Shown: positions 7,768-16,830, numbered from the stretch's first letter. The stretch: 35,375 nucleotides of DNA from Deltaproteobacteria bacterium TL4 (GCA_051382335.1 JBBCAX010000186.1:1-35375); one strand, 5' to 3'. The notes: generated by a model not told the origin, from the letters alone. Numbers and translations: made by a program.

Positions 7768-10449
7768 ATGATACGCCAATTAAGCCTACTGTTGTTCCTG
7801 CTGTTTGCGCTCTCTGCACTCAGCACGTGCGGTCTTGGAGAAAGCTTTGAGGAAATTGACAGCGCTGTTACTAATGAGAAAGAAGACTGGGAACCTCCAA
7901 CGGGCGTATCCCTTACCATCCTCTCCGCGAATTCCAGTACCCCCTCACAACTTCAACTCAAACTTGACGCGACCGATAACCAGAAAATAACGGCTTATTA
8001 CCTCGCTGAAGAAGAAACAACGCCACTGCTATCCGCTGGAGGCTGGCAAACGGTGGCTTCCTCTCGGACTTTTTCAGCGGAGGAGACTTATCCCTTACAG
8101 CAAGTCGATCAAACCCCCACCCTTTACGTGTGGGTCAGAGACCAGATTGGAAACATCTCGGCACCCATTTCGACTACAGACGCTCAACCTCCTGATAACA
8201 CAAGCCTCTCCATTAATAATGGGGACGCGAGTTCCCGTACTTCCGAGGTTGTGCTCTCCCTTTACGCCCGTGATGACTTAGCGGTTGTTGGATATTACAT
8301 TTCCGAAACAAACACCGCTCCTTCCGCGACTTCAGAAGGCTGGGTCAAGGTTGCGCTCAGCAGTCCCGTTTACACACAAACGGTACCCTATACCTTTCAA
8401 GCAACAGGCCCCAAAATTCTATACGCCTGGTATAAGGATATTTTTGGAAATGTTTCCGCGAGCACGAGTGACGAAATCATTATCGCGGACCAGACACCCC
8501 CCTTTAATCCTGCTATCACCATCAATGGCGGAGCTTCCCACACCTTCTCGACGTCCATCTCAATCGCGCTGTCTGTAGTGGATGATTTCGTGATCAGCGG
8601 ATATTATCTTTCAGAAGACGCGACAACGCCTCTGCCCAATCAGCAGGGTTGGATCGTCATCTCAGCGAATAGCACCTATTCTGCCACAACAGCCTTTAGC
8701 CTTAGCCAGGGAAAAGGTGAAAAAAAGGTTTATGTGTGGTTTAAAGACTCCAATAATAATATTTCGCTTGCGGCAAATGATACGATTGAACTGACAGAAC
8801 AATCTATAGAAATCAACCACGGGGACGCATCCTCCAATAACTTGACCGTGACCTTGACTTTATCAGCAAGTGATGCTCAGGGCGTTGTAGGGTATTATGT
8901 CTCTGAAAACAACACCCCTCCTTCAGGGACAGAAGCCGGTTGGACCTGGTTTCCTTCTCGTACCGCCTATGCTGCTGATGTTTTCTATGAACTCAGTAAT
9001 TCGGCTGGCATAAAAACCTTGTACGCATGGTTCAAGAATAGCGAAGGAAAATTTTCGGGAACGGTTAGTGATCAAATATTGCTAGATCTGAGCACCCCTT
9101 CCAATCCCTCAATTGCTATCAATAATAGTGATAACTCGACAGGCACGGTTGATGTTAGCTTAAACCTTTCTGCTTTGGATGATACCGGAATCGTAGCCTA
9201 CTATGTTTCAGAATCGCCAACCAATCCGTTAGCCAGCGATTCAAAATGGGTTCATGTGACCTCGACACTCAGTTACAATGAGACCCTTTCTTTTATTCTC
9301 GCGGGAGGTGATCCGGGAAACAGAACAGTTTATGTATGGTTTAGGGATGAGGCGGGTAATGTTTCAGAAAAAGTGAATGCTGCCATCACTTTGACCGATA
9401 CGGTAGCGCCGTCGATTACTTCAATTACAATCAATAACGGAGATGCTTCAACACCTTCCATCAGTGTTTCACTTTCCCTCAGCGCCTATGATGGTTTAGG
9501 CGTGACCGCGTTCTATGTTTCTGAAAATTCTACAGTTCCAACGGCTAATGCTTCAGGCTGGACGACTATTTCTTCGACAACCAACTACTCGGCGAAGGTT
9601 TCTTTTATCCTTTCAGACAGCAGTTCCTACGGCAGCAGAACTGTTTATGTCTGGTTCAAAGATGAGTCAGGAAACGTATCCGTGTCTGTCAGTGACAGCA
9701 TTACGCTTCAATCCGCTGTTTTAGCCTCCGCCGATGCTGAGGGGATGGTCAAATTAGCGGCCGGAACCTTCATCATGGGAGATATTCAAAATAACGGAGA
9801 AAGCCATGAATCCCCCGCACATACGGTCACACTGAGTCTCCCCTTTTATATTTCTGACCATGAAGTCACCGTGAACGAATATCAAGCCTGTCTCACTGCC
9901 GGTAACTGTTCTTATTCCAGTTGCTTTGCTCTTTACGAAACCTATAACAAAGCCGGGAAAGAAAAATTTCCCATGAATTGTGTCAGTTGGAGTGATACCC
10001 AAAATTACCTTTCATGGCTTAACCAAAACTCAAGTAAAGTGTTCCGCTTATGCACTGAAGCCGAGTGGGAATATGCCGCACGGAGTGGGACTTCCAGTGC
10101 TTGGGCTTGCGGAAGTGAGGCCTCCTGTTTAAACAATGCGGCATGGTATAGCGACAATGCGTCAGGTGGAACCAGGGAAGTCAAAACCAAACAATCCAAT
10201 CCATGGGGACTTTATGATATGTACGGCAATGTTTGGGAATGGGTTCAAGATGGATACAGTAGCGCCTATAGTTCCCTGGTTTCGGGGACAACGGATCCTA
10301 AAGGTCCTTCGACATTTTCGGAGCATGTGCTCAGGGGAGGCCATTTTTTCGACTCCGCTTATAATTTAAGGGCGGCTTTCCGTAATTCAAATTTACCGGA
10401 TTTCCAAGACGATACGATTGGTTTTCGCGTTTGTGCTGATGTTCCGTAA
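7768..10449 (+). CDS. Lipoprotein with six ~100-aa Ig-like repeats and a C-terminal FGE-sulfatase (SUMF1-like) domain
   Basis: Lipobox-like LSTCG; repeats of INNGDAS...YYVSE...W...YVWFKD..GNVS; FGE motifs GTFIMG, HEVT, RLCTEAEWEYAAR, NPWGLYDMYGNVWEW, RGG and GFR. Confidence 0.9.
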   Translation: MIRQLSLLLFLLFALSALSTCGLGESFEEIDSAVTNEKEDWEPPTGVSLTILSANSSTPSQLQLKLDATDNQKITAYYLAEEETTPLLSAGGWQTVASSRTFSAEETYPLQQVDQTPTLYVWVRDQIGNISAPISTTDAQPPDNTSLSINNGDASSRTSEVVLSLYARDDLAVVGYYISETNTAPSATSEGWVKVALSSPVYTQTVPYTFQATGPKILYAWYKDIFGNVSASTSDEIIIADQTPPFNPAITINGGASHTFSTSISIALSVVDDFVISGYYLSEDATTPLPNQQGWIVISANSTYSATTAFSLSQGKGEKKVYVWFKDSNNNISLAANDTIELTEQSIEINHGDASSNNLTVTLTLSASDAQGVVGYYVSENNTPPSGTEAGWTWFPSRTAYAADVFYELSNSAGIKTLYAWFKNSEGKFSGTVSDQILLDLSTPSNPSIAINNSDNSTGTVDVSLNLSALDDTGIVAYYVSESPTNPLASDSKWVHVTSTLSYNETLSFILAGGDPGNRTVYVWFRDEAGNVSEKVNAAITLTDTVAPSITSITINNGDASTPSISVSLSLSAYDGLGVTAFYVSENSTVPTANASGWTTISSTTNYSAKVSFILSDSSSYGSRTVYVWFKDESGNVSVSVSDSITLQSAVLASADAEGMVKLAAGTFIMGDIQNNGESHESPAHTVTLSLPFYISDHEVTVNEYQACLTAGNCSYSSCFALYETYNKAGKEKFPMNCVSWSDTQNYLSWLNQNSSKVFRLCTEAEWEYAARSGTSSAWACGSEASCLNNAAWYSDNASGGTREVKTKQSNPWGLYDMYGNVWEWVQDGYSSAYSSLVSGTTDPKGPSTFSEHVLRGGHFFDSAYNLRAAFRNSNLPDFQDDTIGFRVCADVP

Positions 10450-10573
10450 GAAGCAAAGTCTGATTACAGAAAATTTTAAGGCAGCGACGCAAAAAGCGCA
10501 GAGAAACAAGATCCACTCTTTTAGGACTCAAAAAGTATCTTTCAACGAACCCCCCTCTGCTTCTACGAGCGCC

Positions 10574-10693
10574 TTAAAAAATCTCCATCAAAACGTCTAA
10601 ACGCATCTCAGGAAACGCAGATAAAACTCCGATGCTGAATGCAGCTTCCCTGTAATTTGGGGACGCTTACTTCACTACACGATTCTGTGCATC
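10574..10693 (-). pseudogene. Possible degraded 3' end of a Uma2-like endonuclease gene
   Basis: The minus frame reads DAQNRVVK*ASPNYREAAFSIGVLSAFPEMRLDVLMEIF*. The S..FP...LDV..EIF* ending resembles Uma2-family C-termini, judged by eye only, and there is an internal stop. Confidence 0.25.
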
Positions 10694-10695
10694 GC

Positions 10696-10845
10696 AACTT
10701 GACCTTTCGGGATGTTTTCCGACGAATCCACGTCCCTTTTGGAGTTGCCTATGGTACGAATAAGGACTTGGTAAACCAGGCTGCGGTCGAAGCTGAGAAT
10801 TCCTTGGAGTTCACACTGAAAGCTCCTCGTGAAAAAGAGCATGAA
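10696..10845 (+). pseudogene. Internal fragment of an MscS-family mechanosensitive channel gene
   Basis: NLTFRDVFRRIHVPFGVAYGTNKDLVNQAAVEA matches the MscS cytoplasmic-domain pattern NxT....RR....GVAYG.D. There are no transmembrane segments and no plausible native start. Confidence 0.7.
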
Positions 10846-11019
10846 TGTCTAATTTTTATTGGACAAAAAAGATTTATTTAGCTATTGGTTAAAATGATTT
10901 CTTCGGTTGTTCCTCGGAGAGACCCTGTTTTCTCTTGTGCGGAGTGAGTCAAAAGTTGGATCTTAACAAAGTGCCATGGAGTTTTTTTGCTACCCCCATT
11001 GTCTTAGGTAAAATCAAAA

Positions 11020-11625
11020 TTGTTTATTACTAAATTAAATTGGGTTGATTATATCACCCTGAGCGGTGTGTTTTTTGTTTGTGCTTCGGTGGCTCTTGTT
11101 TTAAAGGGGTATTTTGCTTTTGCGTTGAGTCTGTTGTGTCTGGCGATGAGCGTGGACTGGATCGATGGTTTTCTTGCGCGCCGTTTCGAAATCGCGAGAG
11201 ACTTTGGGCGATATCTGGATAGTTTCGTGGATGTCCTGGATTATCTTGTGGCTCCCTCCCTTTTTCTTTACCTCTGGGGATTTGATCAGGGGTACCAGTG
11301 CCTTATCCTGGTTTTATTCATCATGAGCGGCATCATAAGATTGTCCGTTTTTAACGAAATCGGCAACGTGAAGAATGACGAAGGGGACGCCTCCTACCTG
11401 GGAATGCCGGTTTATTATAGCCTTTTTTTCCTGTCAGGAGCCTTCATCCTCCATTGGATCATTCCCAAAGAAACCTTATTTCCTTTGATTGCCCTGTTAT
11501 TTGCGGTATCCAGTGGACTCATGGTGTATCGGAAAAAATTTATAAAGTTTAAGCTTACGGTTGTGCTTCCTATCACCTGTGGAGGCACACTGTTATTTGC
11601 CTTTGCGGGAATCGTCAGCGCTTAG
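11020..11625 (+). CDS. CDP-alcohol phosphatidyltransferase family protein (PssA-like)
   Basis: The signature DxxDGxxAR...GxxxDxxxD is present as DWIDGFLARR...FGRYLDSFVD, along with RLSVFN, YLGMP and multiple TM helices. TTG start. Confidence 0.9.
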   Translation: MFITKLNWVDYITLSGVFFVCASVALVLKGYFAFALSLLCLAMSVDWIDGFLARRFEIARDFGRYLDSFVDVLDYLVAPSLFLYLWGFDQGYQCLILVLFIMSGIIRLSVFNEIGNVKNDEGDASYLGMPVYYSLFFLSGAFILHWIIPKETLFPLIALLFAVSSGLMVYRKKFIKFKLTVVLPITCGGTLLFAFAGIVSA

Positions 11626-11737
11626 AATCCCATGGCTTCTGCTTCTTTTCCTGATCCAGCCAGAATGAAGACCGTCATTGAATCGGAAATCAGTCAACAT
11701 TTTCTGGTTCTGAATAAAAACCATAGCGTGGAAGAAT

Positions 11738-12235
11738 ATGATACGAACCGCAGTCGCGAGCGATGCTAAAGGCATCTGTGACATTTATAATTTTCACGTC
11801 GAAAACACGATCATCACGTTTGAGGAGACGCCTGTCCGTGAGGAAGAGATGGCGGAACGCATCAAAACGGTTACCGCTCGTTTTCCCTGGCTCGTGTATC
11901 TCGAAAATGAGAAAGTGCTGGGATACGCTTACGCCAATCAATGGAGGCCCCGCAGCGCCTATAAACACACCGTTGAAAGTACGATTTATCTCAGTCAAGA
12001 GGTGAGTGGAAAAGGCTTGGGAAAAAAGCTTTATCAACAACTTTTACAACTTTTACAAGCAGCAGGTTACCATGCGGTGATCGCCTGCATCGCACTGCCG
12101 AATCAAACCAGCATCACCTTCAATGAGAAGTTTGGCTTTACCAAAATCGCTCATTTCAGGGAAGTTGGGCTAAAATTCGGCAAATGGGTGGACACCGGAT
12201 ATTGGGAACTGCTTTTTGATCACCCTACTTCGTAA
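11738..12235 (+). CDS. GNAT N-acetyltransferase (phosphinothricin acetyltransferase/YncA-like)
   Basis: Motifs IYN..V..T.ITFEE, GYAYA..WRPRSAY..TVESTIY, GKGLGKKLY, IALPN..S and EVGLKFGKWVD. Confidence 0.93.
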   Translation: MIRTAVASDAKGICDIYNFHVENTIITFEETPVREEEMAERIKTVTARFPWLVYLENEKVLGYAYANQWRPRSAYKHTVESTIYLSQEVSGKGLGKKLYQQLLQLLQAAGYHAVIACIALPNQTSITFNEKFGFTKIAHFREVGLKFGKWVDTGYWELLFDHPTS

Positions 12236-12242
12236 GAACCTT

Positions 12243-13598
12243 ATGCCAAAAATCGTATTCATACAACCACAATTAACTGCCGTAGAACTGGATAGAAACA
12301 TCAAAACCATCTTTCCGCTCGGGTTGGGATGTTTAGCGGCTTATGTACCCAAACACTGGGAAATTGAAATTATTGATGAACAAATAGAAACCATCGATTT
12401 TGAGATGGCCGTGGATGTCGTGGGCTTAACGACGACGACGCTAACGATCAACAGGGCTTATCAAATCGCAGAGCAATTTAGAAAAAGAAAGGTGACGGTC
12501 TTTCTGGGTGGCGTTCACGCGTCCATGTGTCCGGAAGAAGCAAAAGCCTACTGTGACGCGATTTGTATCGGCGATGGTGAGCATCTCATTGCTCAAATGC
12601 TGAGTGATTATGAAAACCAATGCCTTCAGAAAGAGTACGTCGGCGGACGTGAGTCCCTGGATGGTTTGAAACTTCCCCGTTATGATCTCTTCAAAGCAGG
12701 GTATTCCTTTATTCCCTTTTCAACCAGCAGAGGGTGTCCCTTTGACTGTAATTTTTGTGCCATTAACAAATTTTATGGCGGGATGTATCGAAAAAGAGAA
12801 GATATCGAGGGCATCATTGAGGATCTGAAAAAACTGCCCAAGGGGTACGATCGGGTCTTCTTTACCGATGGGAATATGTATGGCTATTCCAAAAAGGATG
12901 TCAGCCGATTCAAGCAGTTATGCCGCAGGATGGCGGAAGAACGTAAGAAAGGCAGTTTTCCTTTTAAAAATTTCCTTTGTTACGCCTCAGTCAACGCCCT
13001 GGCGGATGAAGAAGCTCTTGATTTGGCGGCTGAGGCCGGATGTCTGATTTTATCGATCGGCTTTGAATCCATCAATCCGGCCTCCTTAAAAGATATGAAT
13101 AAAATCATGAACCTCAAACTTGGAGTGGAGTCTTATCCGCAACTCGTCGCTAATGCGCAAAAACGGAATATTCTGGTGCTCGGTGAAATCCTGCTGGGCA
13201 ACGACTCCGATGATATGGACGTTTTGAAGGCCACCAATGCGTTTCTGAAAACGGTCGGTCTGGATATTTTGAGACTCCAAATTCTACAGCCTTTACCTGG
13301 CACAAAAGTGTTTAAGCTGTTACAAGAGGAAGGACGCTTGCACCTGAAAAAATTTCCTGAAGATTGGCAAAAAATAACAGACAGCTTTTTAATGGGAGTC
13401 CACTATGATTTAAAAAATCTGGATTCCTTGGAGTTCAGAAGGTATGTAAAACAAATTGGAATGGAATTTTATGCTCCATTGAATATTCTTCATCGAGGTT
13501 GGAAAACCTTAAAAATGACGCAAAGTATCAAAGTGGCAGGCTTTATCATTGAGCTAAATATTAAATCCCGAAAATCGTATGCAAATCAAAAACTCTGA
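12243..13598 (+). CDS. B12-binding radical SAM protein
   Basis: N-terminal cobalamin-binding domain (PLGLGCLAA, GGVHAS, IGDGE), a CxxxCxxC motif (SRGCPFDCNFC), IGFES and PLPGT. The ATG at 12243, 7 nt after the GNAT stop, is the preferred start. Confidence 0.92.
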   Translation: MPKIVFIQPQLTAVELDRNIKTIFPLGLGCLAAYVPKHWEIEIIDEQIETIDFEMAVDVVGLTTTTLTINRAYQIAEQFRKRKVTVFLGGVHASMCPEEAKAYCDAICIGDGEHLIAQMLSDYENQCLQKEYVGGRESLDGLKLPRYDLFKAGYSFIPFSTSRGCPFDCNFCAINKFYGGMYRKREDIEGIIEDLKKLPKGYDRVFFTDGNMYGYSKKDVSRFKQLCRRMAEERKKGSFPFKNFLCYASVNALADEEALDLAAEAGCLILSIGFESINPASLKDMNKIMNLKLGVESYPQLVANAQKRNILVLGEILLGNDSDDMDVLKATNAFLKTVGLDILRLQILQPLPGTKVFKLLQEEGRLHLKKFPEDWQKITDSFLMGVHYDLKNLDSLEFRRYVKQIGMEFYAPLNILHRGWKTLKMTQSIKVAGFIIELNIKSRKSYANQKL

Positions 13599-14703
13599 TG
13601 AGTTTTCAACTCTTTTTTTAAACTCCCTTGATTCGTGTCAAGAGGCTTTTCTGGCTGATGTAAAATCACAGGGGGGCGATCCTATTGTCGAAGCGTATGT
13701 TCCTTCCACGCCTGAGTTGAAAACCTATTATGCCTATTTCCCTGCGCGGAAAATCTCCAAAACGCTCTTGATCCTCAGTTCTGGAGATCATGGCATTGAA
13801 GGCTTTGTCGGAAGCGCGGTCCAGCGGTTGTTTCTAAGAAAATTCATGAGCAAAATCGATTTGGATCGGACCGGTGTTCTTTTGATTCACGCGGTGAATC
13901 CTTATGGCTTTCAGCACTTCAGAAGAGTCACGGAGAACAATGTGGATCTGAACCGCAATGGTTTGACTGATCCCGAGATGTTTCAAACTACAAAAAATGA
14001 AGTCTATGAGGAACTCGAGCCTTTTCTCAATCCAACAGAAAAATATGTTCCCGCACCGACCTTTATTCGGCAAACTTTGGAACTTGGTGTTCGACTTTCG
14101 GCAGAAACGTTAAGAGGTGCCACGGTAGGAGGACAGTATCAATTTGAAAAAGGCATCTTTTTTGGCGGAACCACCTATGAACCTCAACTCCTCAAGTTGA
14201 AAGAGCTCATGACCCGGTTCATGTCTCCCTATCAAGTGGTCATGACCAACCACCTACACACCGGCTATGGAAAACGATATCACCTGCATTTGTTGCAACC
14301 CCAGTCTTCAAAGATCGCGCTCAAGCTCACCCACCTGATTTTTCAGGATTTTGGCGTGAATGCGCTCAGGCGGGAAAAGTCGATGTACCAGGTCAAGGGC
14401 AGTCTGGGGTGTTTGTTGGGCGAGTGGGTTACGCAACAGGGAAAATTATATGTTCCCATGTTTTACGAATATGGCACGCTTGGGACACAAACCCGAAGAG
14501 GACTCATTGAAAGTCTCAGAAGGATGATCGTTGAGAATCAAATATTTCATTATGGTTGTGAAGATTCAGCGCTCAAACTTCAAGCGTTAGAGCAATTTAA
14601 AGAACTGTTTTATCCCGCAGAGTTCGCGTGGAGAGAATCCGTTATCAAAAATACCATCCCTGTCTTCGAAACCCTTTGTGAACGGCTTCCGCTGATTGCG
14701 TGA
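13579..14703 (+). CDS. M14-like zinc metallopeptidase (DUF2817-like)
   Basis: Motifs SSGDHGIEGFVGS (HxxE), HAVNPYGF...RRVTENNVDLNRN, LHTGYG and YEYGT. It overlaps the upstream gene by 20 bp. Confidence 0.85.
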   Translation: MQIKNSDEFSTLFLNSLDSCQEAFLADVKSQGGDPIVEAYVPSTPELKTYYAYFPARKISKTLLILSSGDHGIEGFVGSAVQRLFLRKFMSKIDLDRTGVLLIHAVNPYGFQHFRRVTENNVDLNRNGLTDPEMFQTTKNEVYEELEPFLNPTEKYVPAPTFIRQTLELGVRLSAETLRGATVGGQYQFEKGIFFGGTTYEPQLLKLKELMTRFMSPYQVVMTNHLHTGYGKRYHLHLLQPQSSKIALKLTHLIFQDFGVNALRREKSMYQVKGSLGCLLGEWVTQQGKLYVPMFYEYGTLGTQTRRGLIESLRRMIVENQIFHYGCEDSALKLQALEQFKELFYPAEFAWRESVIKNTIPVFETLCERLPLIA

Positions 14704-14816
14704 GTTATTTATGTTTGTGATGATCCGACAGAGGGAGGTCATTGACTTTGTCCGGTGAGTTTGTCATCGCTGAAAAAACAGGGAACCACAGAATACTGAA
14801 GAGGAGTAAACATAAA

Positions 14817-15965
14817 ATGCCAGAAAGTGATTATCAGAGAAAAATCCCGACCTTCTGGGAAGGTTGCAAAATCATGTGGCGACAGTTGAGTTCAATTTAT
14901 TTTTCAAAAAGTTACTGGGAATCGCTAAGGCACCCCACTCAAACCCTGATTGATGTCAATCACATGAAGACGGAGAGTTACAAATTTTTCCACCTCTCTG
15001 ATGACGAAATCCGAGAGGATCTGATTCAACGGTATCATAAACTCACGGAAATCCGACTTAAATTTTTAATGTACAACCATACAACATTAAAAGTTCAAAT
15101 TATGATGAAAAACAAAGCGCTCCCCTTACATGAATTGCCTTATGGGAATTTGGAAGATGAGGTGGTTCAAGGGAAAGTCATGCCTGGAGACATCATTTTT
15201 GTTCGTGGAGATACCAGGTTGAGTGGAAAGTCCCTACGATCCTTGTTGTATGTCACTCCGACCAGACAGTTGATTTCCAATGCCAATGGATTTCATTTCG
15301 CCTTCACGCATGTCATGTTTTACATTGGAAATCACCAACTGGCTCACTTCATCGGCGGACGTGGAATGGAGATTGTGGATATTGAAGAATTTGAAAAATG
15401 TTTACTCCCTTATTATGTGGTCGTAGGCCCCCGTTATCCCGTAAAAGATCGAAGAAAACGCACTTTCCCGGTAATCAAAAATCGGAGAACTCCCAATAGA
15501 ACGCCTGAAGAGGATTTAAGAATCATCAGGAAAAACGAAATCATTACGACGGATCGTAAAAAATTAAAACGAGTCATCAAAAATATTCAAAAGGGAGATT
15601 ACAATTATCCGGATTACGGTTATGAAAAAATGTTAGCCAATTACATTAATCATGTTTTTGGACGCTATATTTTGACACGCAAACGAGGCAGAGTCGCCTA
15701 TCATAACAAGAAAATGTCCCTCAAGGGATGGAAAAAAATACGTTTCATGTTAGGCCACCGCTACTTAAACGATGATCATGAAAGGCCCATCTGCGCGACA
15801 GCCGTATCTCAATTCATGAATGATTCCGGCATTTACTCCATCAAACATTATTTCGATCAAAATAAAATGGCCGGAACTGCGGAAATTATGTTTTTAATGT
15901 GCGATTTTGACAGTATTCAAATCAGAGCGGCCTATATGCCCTGTCAGAATATAAATATCGACTAG
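14817..15965 (+). CDS. Protein with a permuted papain-like NlpC/P60 (YiiX/LRAT-like) domain
   Basis: Motif order PGDIIF...FTHVMFYIG...AH...YNY...PICATAV places His before Cys, as in permuted NlpC/P60 enzymes. The ATG at 14817 follows a GAGGAG RBS. Confidence 0.65.
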   Translation: MPESDYQRKIPTFWEGCKIMWRQLSSIYFSKSYWESLRHPTQTLIDVNHMKTESYKFFHLSDDEIREDLIQRYHKLTEIRLKFLMYNHTTLKVQIMMKNKALPLHELPYGNLEDEVVQGKVMPGDIIFVRGDTRLSGKSLRSLLYVTPTRQLISNANGFHFAFTHVMFYIGNHQLAHFIGGRGMEIVDIEEFEKCLLPYYVVVGPRYPVKDRRKRTFPVIKNRRTPNRTPEEDLRIIRKNEIITTDRKKLKRVIKNIQKGDYNYPDYGYEKMLANYINHVFGRYILTRKRGRVAYHNKKMSLKGWKKIRFMLGHRYLNDDHERPICATAVSQFMNDSGIYSIKHYFDQNKMAGTAEIMFLMCDFDSIQIRAAYMPCQNINID

Positions 15966-16128
15966 AAGCTGTCCGAGCATAGAAATTGGCTCTACCGGAT
16001 CTGGTGTTGCGGATTTGTAACAAAAACAAAATATTATACCCACATTGAGCAGAGCTTTTCTTCTTGGAATTTACTTAATTTGGTTGGACGTCCACTGCGT
16101 TCTTCAGCATAAAAGCTCTGTGTTGAAA

Positions 16129-16386
16129 TCAGCGATGGAATTCTTGACGTTCGATGAGCTCGATCTGCATATTTCGATTCAATTTTACAAAGTACGCATT
16201 ATATCCTGAAATACGGACAAGCAGCCAGCGGTAATCATCGGGATTTTCCATGGCGTCTCTCAGCATTTCGGTGCTGATGACATTAAACTGCCATTGCATC
16301 CCTCCTTCATTGAAATAGGTCTGAAGATAATTGGTAAAGAGCTCCAGTTTTTTTTCATGCGGTTCATTTGCCAGGGGAGCGAATAT
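16129..16386 (-). pseudogene. C-terminal glycyl-radical domain fragment of a PFL-family enzyme
   Basis: TYFNEGGMQWQFNVIS.EML.DAM.NPDDY.WLLVRISGYNAYFV.L....Q.E.I.R is a classic Gly-radical domain. The upstream TTG (16470) lies within unrelated intron DNA. Confidence 0.85.
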
Positions 16387-16443
16387 TTGCTTTAACAGGA
16401 GATTCAGTTCCTCAAACGGGGTGCTTATAAACCCCACCCATCT

Positions 16444-16632
16444 ATCAAGGATGGTAAAGAAAACTGGCAACGGTTGATGATCGCCAGACGGAGGAAAACA
16501 TTAGTCCTTTGTGTGGAATGTCATGACCTACTTCATAGGGGAAAATTGCCAGATTGGAGACAAACAATCGTGACCTCAATGGAGAGCGTAGTGCGTTGAA
16601 AGGTGCCCGCTGCGTTCGGATGGGGTTTGTAC
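16444..16632 (+). mobile_element. 3' remnant of a group II intron: end of the intron-encoded protein En domain plus ribozyme domain V
   Basis: 16444-16599 reads IKDGKENWQRLMIARRRKTLVLCVECHDLLHRGKL..., like the LtrA C-terminus (W...MIA..RKTLV.C..CH). 16584-16617 GAGCGTAGTGCGTTGAAAGGTGCCCGCTGCGTTC is a 34-nt domain V with an AGC triad, a GAAA loop and a 2-nt bulge. Confidence 0.9.
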
Positions 16633-16659
16633 CTTCGCTGGGAGGGAACTCAGCGCTGC

Positions 16660-16830
16660 CGATAGGAGTTAGTCAGTAGGGTGCCGCTTAAGCGAAGCGA
16701 GCGCACCACAAATCCAGCCAGGTGGCGATAGGAGTTAAGCCAGTAGGGTGCCGCTTAAGCAAAGCGAGCGCACCACAAATCCAGCCAGCTTTCTGGTACG
16801 CTCGCTTCGCTTAAGCGGCACCCTTTCTAC
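16660..16830. repeat. REP cluster: two ~62-bp direct repeats each containing a family A REP, plus one inverted REP
   Basis: Units 16660-16721 and 16726-16788 (CGATAGGAGTT..CAGTAGGGTGCCGCTTAAGCRAAGCGAGCGCACCACAAATCCAGCCAG), with an inverted copy at 16794-16824. Confidence 0.88.

Noticed and set aside
1666..10449. Large surface-protein genes as integron cassettes
   Set aside because: They lie on the 3' side of intI, are divergently arranged, are very long and lack attC sites.
10320..16632. Complete diversity-generating retroelement (FGE target plus RT)
   Set aside because: The retroelement piece is a group II intron En/domain V remnant with no RT domain, and no template repeat was seen.
16660..16830. 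CRISPR array
   Set aside because: There are only two direct units, the intervening sequence is also repeated rather than unique, the third copy is inverted, and no cas genes are present.
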